Assembly: GCF_030144855.1 (NCBI RefSeq)
Contig: NC_082706.1
Coordinates: 113,832,001-113,896,000 of the forward strand
Direction: 5' to 3'
Source: Hypanus sabinus
Taxonomy: Eukaryota
DNA: 64,000 nucleotides
The position numbers and the translations under genes were made by a program. Shown here piece by piece: positions 13,301-25,300 of the stretch. Below the pieces are notes generated by a model. The model searched no databases and was not told the DNA's origin. It saw only the letters and a list, made by a program, of their open reading frames with translations. Each line of letters opens with the position of its first letter. The stretch's first letter is position 1.

Positions 13301-16300
13301 CTATTTCATATTAAGATTTACTTTTCTATCTTAATTTTTAGACAATTATATAGTTTAGCTTTTTCTTTCCTGGCTTGTTGTGTGTGAGTAATTCGTACAG
13401 TATTTGTCAACTTGGTGATATTCCAACTGCAGGATGCCAAAAATCATAATGAGCTGGTGTTTGACAGTGACCAATGCCAGAGAGGATAAGAGCACACAAG
13501 AGCGATCAGCAGCAAGTGCTGTTAGCATCACTTGACTCTCTCATCTGAAATTCTGTGCCTCCAATTTCTATTGATGTTGAGTGACCTACCCTGCAGGCCA
13601 TAAGGAAACACCAGAAGCTCAGACTGATGTCATCTTTTGTTTTTGCACGGCTGCTGATGTGTGGGATCACTTTCCACTTCTGCAAGCCCAGACTCCTGCC
13701 CTGTTGAAGGTTGAAGTAGGTTAATCAGCTCTCCCCAGCTGGTAACTTCTTCAGAATGCCAGTTTGACAATGTAGCCTACTAGCTGCATGTACAGTAAAT
13801 GAAATTGGGCCTTTAGGGGAAATTAATCAATTAACTAAGTAGGGAGATATGTGATAAATTTATTTCTATGAAGCTGAAGTTACCCATTTGGACCCAAAAA
13901 AGATATGTCTGGGTTCTTCTTAGATGATGAAATCCATAAGAATGGGATCCAAAAGAGACTTGGGTTCCAAACCAGATGGATTATTAAGATACCTTAGGCA
14001 ATTAAACAAAATGATCACTAATGTTACTGAAAGCTGGAGGACTAGGACATAAGGATAAAAACTAATGTCACCACTGTACAAGGCTATAGTTAGTTATGTA
14101 AGTACTTCTAGACACTGCAAAAAGGATGTATATATTTGCTTTGGAAGCAATGCAGCACAGAATGTTTATTGATTGTTGAGATACTTCATATAATCAAACC
14201 CTGGCTTGATTACATCACTTTTTGTAAATATTCTACGTGAAGATTTGGCAAGATATCTGAAACTTTGACAAACTTCTGTAGCTGTGTTGTTGAGAGTATA
14301 TTAACTGGTTGCATCGCAGCCTGGTATGGAAACACCAGTGCCCTTGTTTGGAAAATCCTACAAAGAGGTAGTGGATGCATCTTATTCCATTACAGGTAAA
14401 GCCTTCCCCGTCATTGAACACATCTAATCAGAGTGTTGTCGCAGGAAAGCAGTATCCATGATTGAGGGCTCCCGCCACCCAGGTCGTGCCCCCTTCTTGA
14501 CGCTGCCGTCACAAAGAAGGTACAGGAGCCTCAGAACCCAGACCACCAGGTTCAGAAATAGTTTTTACCCCTAAACAATCAGGCCCTTGAACCAGTGGGG
14601 ATAACTTCACTCAACTTAACTCACCCCATCATTGAACTGTTCCCACAACCTATGGACTCACTTTGAAGGACACTTTATCTCATGTTCTTGATACTTATTG
14701 CTTAGTTATTATTATGATTATTATTGTTTTTATTATTATTGTTTTCTCTCACTCTGTATTTGCACCATTTGTTGTCTTTTGTACATTGGCTATTTGTCTT
14801 TTTTGTTGGGTGTGGTCTTTCATTGATTCAATCATGTTTGTTGGATTTACTGTGTATGTCCACAGGAAAACAAATCCCTGGGTTGAATTTAGTATCGTAT
14901 ATGTAATTCAATAATAAATTCACTTTGAACTTTTGAGAGTTTTATCTACTTGTAGGTGACTCCAGAAAAGGAGGTTATATAGAATGTCAAAGACAAGTCT
15001 TTTTGGAATGAGGTTATGAAACCATTTGCCAGACAGACATTTCTGCAAAAAATGTTAACTGTTATTTCAAAACTATGACTGAATCATTCCTGTTAAACAG
15101 AGTTATTGAAGAAACAGAAAAAACGATGGCGATGTGGAATTAAGTCACAGAGCAGGCATTAGTTTATTGAATAGTGGAAGAAGTCGGAGAGACTAAATAG
15201 CCCATTTCTGTCCCAGAGTTCCTTAAAATGACTTGACTTTAGAGCTGCAATAAACAATTGTTAGCAGATACATTCTGATCCCCACTGAATTCTTATGGTG
15301 TCAGTACCTTGTGGCTAGTTTTCTGAATAAAGTTGACTGCAACTTCAGCGACAAGATCCTGTCTGTGGCTGGGGGTTCAGCGATGTAAATCAGCTACTTG
15401 GTAGTGTAGGTGGACTTGGGGAGAGGGTGGTTGGTGAAGGGCACAATGAGAACAAATCTCAAACATGATAATGCCAAGAAAGGACTCGCTAGCTTGGCTG
15501 ACTTTCAAAGCTATCAAAACGCTAAATGTTTAGCAAATAAAATAGAAAATGTTGGAAATACTCAGCAAGTCATGCAGCATCTGGGGAGAGAGAAGCTGAA
15601 TTTAAATAACTGACCTTTCAGAAATCTCTGAACTTTTGAAAGATATTTTAATTATTATTTTTCAATAAGCATAAATGATTTCAAAGTACTTGAAAATTAA
15701 GTATTTTTTGGAAAATATTTAAATTTTAATTGCTTTAAAAGTAAATTGAAGCCACCAAAACATATTAACTAAAGGTTACCTTTGCCCTTTGTAGCTCTTC
15801 CTCTTAGATCCTACCTTGGTCTGATTGGTTACACAAGCTCCCAGTATAAGTGGTGAAGTATTGCCACAACTTTGTATTCAAGTGGTGCAGCACACGTGAG
15901 AACATACTGGTGAATTGCTGCCAAAATTTGAGATTTATAAGTTTGTACATATCTTTATTGATCACCCCTGGTTATCCATTGTTTGCACAAATCCATAGAG
16001 TTATATCAATTAAATTCTCCCAGAAGTTCAGTAGTTAATAAGTCATGGCTTGATTACATCACACTTATTTCTAAATACCTGTTGTTTTGTTTTTGGTGTA
16101 CAGGTAATTGAGCAGCTGGAGCTGTCTTTTCCTCTAAGGTAAGGAAATATTCATTGATTTATCCTGAGTTTTTTTCAATTTTCACTTTCTACTTTTACTC
16201 CATGTAAAAATAAATTTATTTTAAAAAATGACAAACTAATTCTCATTTTCTTAAGCCTAGAATGAAATTAGATATGATCAGTCATCCTTGTGTTTTATTA

Positions 16301-19300
16301 TGATTTTTTCTGCTAATACATTTTTTGGCATAGATCTTTTAGAAAAATTGTAACTGTTGAATCATTGATAAATATATAGAGCACAGATCAAGGCTGACAT
16401 TGCCGTATGGAAATAATTAGTGCTACATCTTAAAAGATAAAGTGAAACTCTTTCCAATTTCTCAGATTATTGTAGAAGAGCTCATGGGACACTCTGAAGA
16501 GTAAGGATTTCCTGATCAAAAATCTTGTAATCAAAAATTATCCTGTACTAAAAAATGAACGAGTCAATTTATTTGATCAGTATTCTGCTGTTGTTTCTGG
16601 GAACAACAAAAGTTGCTCTGTTTCCTTTCTAAAATCATAACTAAAAAATATGATCAAACTTGCCACGGTATCTTCAGTAAGGAGGTATACCTTGTTAACT
16701 GCCCCTCTCTCTGTAGATGCTGCCTGATATGCTAAGTTTTCCTGCCATTTTATGTTTTTTTGTCAAATAGTGCTATTCATAATGTAAATTTTTGCTCATG
16801 TTTGGCCTTTTTATTGCACACAGGAATATGGAGAGGCCTGAACTCTGCCAAATAACACTGTTTGATTTCCAGAAGTTTTTGCAATATGATCAAAAGGTAA
16901 GCAACCTGAAGATGGATTATTCTTACTTTATATCGATTAATGCCTGGAATACACTGCTGGAATTTGTAGAAGAGACTGATTCGATTGGAACATTTAAGAG
17001 ACTCTTAGATGTAGGAAAAATGGAAAATAATGCGCTATGGAGGGGATAAGGGTTAGGTTGATTATGGAATAGGTTTATATTGATTGGCACAACACCTTGA
17101 GCTGACAGACCTGTACTGTGCACACTGTTCTATGTTCTGCGTTCTAATGTACCTCAGAATACATAATTGAATGCAAAGGTTCCAAGGTTGTGAAAGGGAT
17201 TATTAAAGAAAACACAAATCTTTGAAGTATCTTGACCATTACAGCAGGTTTGACAGTGAATCCAGCAAACCAACTTAGCATGGATCTCTGCCATTTTATC
17301 ATTTTGGAATCATAATTGTTTAGAGAGCCATTGGCACACTGGGGGGTTTATATACTAAATGGCACTATTTTATGTAGCACTAAATATTGGGCCCTGCAAT
17401 ATGATTTAGGCCAATTACTTTGATTTTAAGGTTCATAATATCAAAACCTAGTTTTTAGGGGTGCGTCTAGAGTGGGTTTTGGGCTAGTGAAAACCGAGGG
17501 AATACTTTTCACATTTTACACAGTAACAATAACAACTTTCTTGATACAATGGTAGGCAGTTTAGAAGCCTGAAGTCCAACACCAGCATTTGAAGGAAAGC
17601 TACTCTTCCCTTCATTCATTTGGGGTTTGAATCAACTTGCACAACCCTAATTAGTATAACAACATTATGACCATTTTAACTATTTTGCACTACAATGGAC
17701 TTTTATAAGAATTCTTACATTGATCTTTCTTGTTAAAATTCTGTATAGTTTATGTTTAATTTATACTTTTCTTCTGAATGTTGCGCCACTGAGTAGGAAT
17801 TTGATTGCCCTGTGCATACATGTACTTGTGCGTATGACTATCAACTTGACTGACTTTGACAACCCCAGTTATAACTTCCTTGATCGTCCTATTAAGGTAA
17901 TAAAACTCCTCAGTGGGAGAGTAGGCAATAGTTAGCATCACGTCAAAGATTATGTTTGGATAGGTGGCCAAGGAGTTCAGTTGAGGAGGAAAGAAAAATA
18001 TGTTTAGGGAGTGAATTCCCTCAAGTCAAAGCACCCAATAGCAGGTGACATTTACTAATTGATGACTTATCATTGGCTTTGCTTGGTCAATTTTTCTTTC
18101 TGAGAATCAAATAAAGCAGTGATTGGAAAACAAAAGTTCGAGCTATTGAAATGAAAGTATTTAGAATTGAATGAACAAACGTGTGGAGTTTTGGAATTCT
18201 ACTTTCTGATGGTAAATGGGAAAAAAATTAATATGGATTGAAGTTATTAGAAGTGAATATTTAAAAAAATGTTAGCAGCATGTGCAGGATAAATTTTTAA
18301 TTTCAAATTATAATCTTTACAATTGGTAAGTACCTAATTTGTTCAAATGCATTGATTTAATACATTACTACATGGATTACATTAATTTAATTGCATTTTT
18401 TATTTATAGATCTGGAATGTGACTTCATTAATTATGTGCTCTTGTTTCCTTAGGAAAGTTGGGCAAATGACACTAACAAAGTTCGAGAATGCATCTTTAA
18501 TTATTTTAAAGACCCTTTACGGGAGACTTCAGACCCTGTTTTACAACTTGATGAGGTAGATATAGATTTGCATTATTATCTCAGCTTTTGGTAAATGTCA
18601 AACTGTGTACATTCTTCTTTATAGGATAATTGCAAATAGCTCATTTTTAGCGAAGGCATACTTGGAATTAAAATTTTCTTTTATTGGGGGAATGGGATGG
18701 GAAAACTGGCAGTTTTTCTCAATTCCTAACTGGTTAGAGGATTCATGGGAAACAGCTCTCATCTACTGGGAGTCAGTAGGATAAGAAAACCACCACTTAA
18801 GCTTTGAGAGTTGTGCTTTCAATGCTTGGAACACTTGATGAATGTTTGATGACACAGTGTCTCTTTATGCAAGAATTAAAGGAGCAAATTTTCATCAAAG
18901 AATCACAACAATGGACATTGTTTCATGCAAAAAGTGCACACTTCTTGCATCTGACATTTCCTTTCACCTCAGAGGACCACTCATTTTATTTAAAATGCTT
19001 TTAGTATGAAGTACTCCATTTGATGTCACCTGAACAAGAAGGCATATATGCTTTGTGCTTCTAGACTAACCAAAGAAACATGCTGTCTTCTTAATTATGG
19101 CATTCATAACAAGAGATGCAGAACTCGCCTCAGAAATTTAAGTGATTCCTCTACATGTTCATGTAGCTTGAGCAACATTGTGAACTGAGTTTCATGAGCT
19201 GAAATTTACTGCCCTGATTCATGGATGGATTCAACCCAATTTTGTAGATTGCACAAGATTTTCTTTTCTTCATCCTTTCTGAGTTATAAACTGGAGTTAT

Positions 19301-22300
19301 AAAAAAGTCTGCTGGCAAGATGAAATAAATGGCAGTGAAATAATGTGATATATCATTGGCATGTGAACTAATGCATCTGAAAAGTTTGAAGCCGCTGTAT
19401 CGTTATATCATTTAAAGTTTGTTCAAGGTTAAGTGTCATTCAATTATACATGAATACCCATGAATACAACCAAAATAAACAATGTTACTGCAGGGCCAAA
19501 GTGCAAAACACAGTACCAACAGCCATACGCTGCACAAGGCACATGTAAAACAGGGGGCATATGTAAGATAGCGAGAATGTATAAGATTCCTGTAAAATAT
19601 AGTCAGGCAAAAAAATAAAGTTGAAGTCTGTGAGTCCACAAATGTTGCAATAGTCTGCTTGTTTTCTGCCAAGTGAACACTAGGATTCAGCACCGACTCC
19701 AGCATGGACTCAGTGCCTCACCACCTCTGGCACTCCAGTGGAGCACCCAACTCTGATGCCTTGGCCTGAGCGGCTCCAAACATGCAACACCATGGCTTGA
19801 GGGCTAGTTCTTGCTATGGCCAAGGCCATGTAGTTCCCCTGCCGCCCGCCCCCTCATTTGCTTATAAAGCAATGGATTGGACTTTCACACCACCAACGTC
19901 TAATAGGGTCTTGCAGTCACAAGATGAGTGACTAAGATGATCACTCGCTGTTGGACTAAACACTTTGTTTGCACACCATCACCTCTCTGTCGCAATTGCA
20001 ATGAGCAACTCGCTGATGGTGTAGACCCACAGTACTTTAAGTTCTTAATGTCCAGCAGGGTTTTGCAATCACAAAAATAAGTTTAAAAAAAGACAGGAAC
20101 ACCTTTGGTTGACCCTGTAGAAACTACATCTGAGCGGGCAAATATCTTACCAAAAGTAAATGAGGTAACCAATTCATATTAATCAATAATTACCTGAGTG
20201 ACTATCCCCATGTATCCATTCTTATATCGACAACCTCCAGACAAGTTTTCTGAACACTCCTTCAAAATATTTCTAGCTAAGCACCTCAAGGAATCCTGAA
20301 CATACACCATCCTGTTGTAGAAGAAGACAACATGGTATTTAAATAAGGATTTTCCTGCTGATTCCAATTTATTTAGTTCTGTGTGTTTACAGATGATAGG
20401 TTTGCAAATAAACACTGTTGGTTTGAAGGGTGGGTATACATCAGTTCACATTAGGATTTAAAAATATGAACATGTGGGGAGGGTTCTGTATTAAAAAAAG
20501 CAATAGTGAGAATTGTTTTCTATGTGGCTTAAAATGTTAGCAAAAACAACAGTAATTTAGGGATTCTAATAGAATGATCTAAAAATGCCACTACAATTTA
20601 CGATTTAAAGTTAATTTTGGCATTGCGCAATTTTAATTTACAGTGAAGTGCTATTTGGCATTCACAGTTAATTATGCTACAATTTCTGCATCTTATTCTA
20701 AAAAATTGCTATCACTTTAACCATTTTTGGTAAAGATTTTGACCACTAAATGGTAGAACTCACTTCCATAGCCTCATGAAAACATGCTATTTCCTTCTAA
20801 AATATTAGTGGACCAGTCGATGTTGAATGTTTTAATATCAGTAGCACACTTGCAGAAAATTGATATCAATTAGTCTGATACTGAATGAAATGATTAGAGA
20901 CTAGAAACAAAATATCCAGGTCCAAAATTTGCCTTCCAACTACCATACAAATTTTCAACCTATACATACTGTCTTCCTTAAGCAGAAGGCTACTTAATAA
21001 TCTGTTTTAAAATCTCAATGGAAGGAGACCGTTGCTCTGTTTATTAAGTGCTATTAGTATTTTGATATTTAGTTTATCTTGTTATTTTAATATGTAAGAA
21101 AACATCAGACTTTGACTCTAATGCCACCATATCTTAATCCCTAATGGTGTGTATTTTTTCAAGTTATTCTGTAACTAAATTATTAAATTGCTGGGTGTTC
21201 TTTGTGGGTCGTGTAGGTTTACCCTACATCTGTCAATTGAAGCCTGGCCCTCTCAGGAGCTTGGGCCACACATTTTAATGTAGCATCTCAGAGCAGGTTC
21301 CCTCTCATGAGCTCTATGATATGCATCATCATATACCATTTTTATATATATACACACACACCTTATTGAATTTTTTGAAGAGGTTAGTAGGAAAGTTGAT
21401 GAGGGTAAAACAGTGGATGTTGTCTATATGGACTTTAGTAAGGACTTTGACAGGGTTCCACACGGAAGGTTAGTTAGGAAGGTTCAATCGTTAAGTATTA
21501 ATATTGAAGTAGTAAAATGGATTCAACAGTGGCTGGATGGGAAATGCCAGAGAGTAGTGGTGTTTGTCAGATTGGAGAACAGTGCCTAGTGGTGTGCCTC
21601 AGGGATCTGTGCTGGGTCCAATGTTGTTTGTCATATACATTAATGATCTGGATGATGAGATTAGATAAATTGGATTAGTAAGTATGCAGATGAGACTAAG
21701 ATAGGTAGCATTGTGGATAATAAAATAGGTTTTCAAAGCTTCCAGAGAGATTTAGGCCAGTTAGAAGAGTGGGCTGAAAGATGGCAGATGGAGTTTAATG
21801 CTATTAAGTGTGAGGTGCTACATTTTGGTAGGACTAATCAAAATAAGACATACATGGTAAATGGTAGGGCATTTAGGAATGCAGGAGAACAGAGTGATCT
21901 AGGAATAATGGTGCATAGTTACCTGAAGGTGGAATCTCATGTGGATAGGGTGGTGAAGAAAGATTTTGGTATGCTGGCCTTTATAAATCAGAGTATTGAG
22001 TTTAGGAGTTGGGATGTAATGTTAAAATTGTACAAGGCATTGGTGAGGCCAAATTTGGAGTATTCTGTACAGTTCTGGTCACCGAATTATAGGAAAGATG
22101 TCAACAAAATAGAGAGAGTACAGAGGAGATTTACTAGAATGTTACCTGGGTTTCAGCACCTAAGTTACAGAGAAAGGTTGAACAAGTTATGTCTTTATTC
22201 TTTGGAGCGTAGAAGATTGAGGGAGGACTTGATAGAGGTATTTAAAATAATGAGGGGGATAGACAGAGTTGATGTGGATAGGCTTTTTCCATTGAGAGTA

Positions 22301-25300
22301 GGGGAGATTCAAACAAGAGGACATGAGTTGAGAGTTAAGGGATAAAAGTTTAGGGGTAACACGAGGAGGAACTTCTTTTCTTAAAGAGTGGTAGCTGTGC
22401 AAAATGAGCTTCCAATAGAAGTGGTAGAGGCAGGTTTGATTTTGTCATTTAAAAATAATTGGATAGGTGTATGGACAGGAAATGAATGGAAGGTTATGGA
22501 CTGAGTGCAGGTAGGTGGGACTAGGTGAGAGTAAGTGTTCAGCATGGAGTAGAAGGACCGAGATGGCCTGTATACGTGCTGTAATGGTTATATGGTTATA
22601 TACCATAGTTTAGAGTTGGATAACTGAGGTATTTTGAATCCAATCATATTTCAAGTGATTTTCCATCTAAGAAGTTCCAACTCCTCAGTACAAATTCAAC
22701 AAACAATTGCAGTCATAAGTGCTGACCAACAAAGCACTGTAGATGCTGGACATTTAAAATAAAAATGGAAAATGCTGAAAATTCACAGCAGTTCAGCCAG
22801 CAACTGTGTAGAGAGTAACAGAGGTAACATTTAATTCAGTGGCTCTTCATCAGTAATGTCATTGAGAGCTCTCCTGAAGGCTCAAGGACCTGAAAAGGTA
22901 CACACTCAAAATGCTGGAGGAACTCTGCAGGCCAGGCAGCATCTATGGAAAAGAGTACAGTCAACGTCACAGGCCAAGACCCTTCAGCAGGACTGGAGTA
23001 AAAAGATTAGGAGGGGGGAGGGGAGGGAGAAACACAAGGTGATGGGTGAAACTGGGAGGAGGGGAGGGGTGAATTAAAGAGTTGGGAATTTGATTGGTGA
23101 AAGAGATGCAGGGCTGGAGAAGGGAGGATCTATTAGGAGGGGACAAAAGGCCATGGAAGAAAGAAAAAGGAGAGAGGAACACCAGAGAGAGGCAAATAGG
23201 AATGGGTAGTAGAGGAAGGGGGGGGGGGGATTACCAGAAGTTTGAGAAATTGATCTTCATGCCATCGTGTTGGAGGCTACCCAGATGGAATATAGAGTGT
23301 TGCTCCTCCAAACTGAGTGTGGTGCCATCACAACAGTAGAGGAGGCTATGGATGGACATGTTGGAAAGGGAATGGAAAGTGGAATTAAAATGGATGGCCA
23401 CTGGGAGATCCTGCTTTTTCTGGTGGATGGAGCTTAGGTGCTCAGTGACGCAATCTCCCAATCTATGTTGGGTCTACAGGAGGCTACACCAAGAGCATTG
23501 GATATAATAGATGACCCCAACAGGGATGAATGGACAAGGGAGTCACTTAGGGAGCAATCCCTGTGGAAAGCAGAAAGTGGGGGAAAGGGAAAAGGTGTGA
23601 TCGCTCCCTACATGACTTCATTATCCATTCATTCCTCCCCACTGATCTCCATCCTGGCACTTATCTTTGCAAGCGAAACAAATGCCCCACCTGCCTCTAC
23701 ACCTCCTCTCTCACTACTATTCAGGGCCCCAAACAGTCCATCCAGGTGAGGTGACACTTCACCTATGAGTCTTTTGGGATCATCTACTGTATCTGGTGCC
23801 CCCGGTGTGGCCTCTTGGATATCAGTGAGGCCCAATGTAGATTGGGAGACCGCTTCACTGAGCACCTGTGCTCCGTCTACAAGAGGGATTTCCCAGTAGC
23901 CACCCATTTTAATTCCACTTCCCATTCCCATTCCCATTCCAATCTACGCCCTCCTCTACTGTTGTGATGAGGAACAACACCTTCTGTTCCATCTGGGTAG
24001 CCTGGAATTGATGGCATCAACATCGATTTCTTGAACTTCCAGTAATGCCACCCTCCTTCTCTCTTCCCTATTCCCATTTCCTTCTCTCACCCTAACCCCT
24101 TACCTGCCCATCACCTCTCTCTGGTGCTCCTCCCCCCTTTTTCTTTCTTCCTTGGCCTTCTGTCCCTCTCCTATTAGATTCCCCCTTCTCCAGCCCTGTA
24201 TCTCTTTTACCAATCAACTTCCCAACTCTTCACCCCTTCCGCACTTCTAGTTTTACCTATCTGCTTGCATTTCCCCCTCCTCTTCCCACACCCTTTTACT
24301 CTGACTCCTCATCTTTCTTCTCCAGTCCTGCTGAAGGGTCTAGGCCCAAAATATCTACTGCACTCTTTTCCATAGATGCTGCCTTGCCTACTGAGTTCCT
24401 CCAGCATTTTGTATATGTTCCAGCATCTGCACATTTTCCCTTGTTTGTGACCTAAAAAATTAATTATTTTTCTCTCCATAGAAACAGCCAGAACATCAAT
24501 TTTTCCAGCCTCCTGTGGTAAAATCAAGCAGTTACACGCCATTTCCTCATCTAACTTATTCTCCTTTGGGAATTCACGCCTCTAGTGTTATCTAAATCCT
24601 TCAGTCTGCCCCTCCCTCCTGTAATACAGAAGTTTTGAATTGTCTTCTACCATCTCTAACCATTTTGATCTTGCACAAAGGACGTGACTTTTAGTGAAAA
24701 AAAGAATAAGCTTTTAAGATGGGTAAAGCATGAAAACTGCTATTGTTCCTATATAGAATGATGGTATATTTTTCTTTCGTCTTTTAGTTCTTGGCATATC
24801 TGTTCTCTAAAGAGAACATGATCTTGGACTCCAGGTTTGAACGAGTGGCTCCTGAGGAAATGAACCACCCTCTTTCTAACTACTGGATCTCCTCCTCGCA
24901 CAACACGTTAAGTAACGCTCTATATTTTTAAAGTACCATTGATGAAACCTGATGTTTCCCACCTGTCCTTTAGCTTGAAGTGTGATGTGATGTCAGATTT
25001 GACAAACTTGCCTCTGGAAGCCGAATCCTGAGATTATAAATTGGGTTCAGGAAAACAATTTAGTCAGAGAAGAGGAAGTGTGTGCACACAAGGTGTGCTC
25101 ATAAATTCACAGTACAGTCTGGCCCAGTTCAGACTGTATTTTCCTTCCTCTGTGTACTGAGTCAGCCCATATGAACAACCATCCACAGAAGGTCTTTAGA
25201 CTTCACTATTTGCCGTTACTATTCAATATTCATTTGGCTGAGACGTGGAGGTGGGTGGAAGTTTGGGATGTGAGGTTACCCTGAGGTTCCTGCCAGGATG

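Noticed and set aside
21713-22345. 210-aa RT-like ORF as a host gene, retron or prokaryotic RT system
   Set aside because: It is the CR1 ORF2 C-terminus, present in many decayed copies in this eukaryotic intronic context.
24980-25035. Possible intronic C/D box snoRNA (TGTGATG...CTGA)
   Set aside because: Box C is imperfect, there is no terminal stem, and no recognisable guide sequence.
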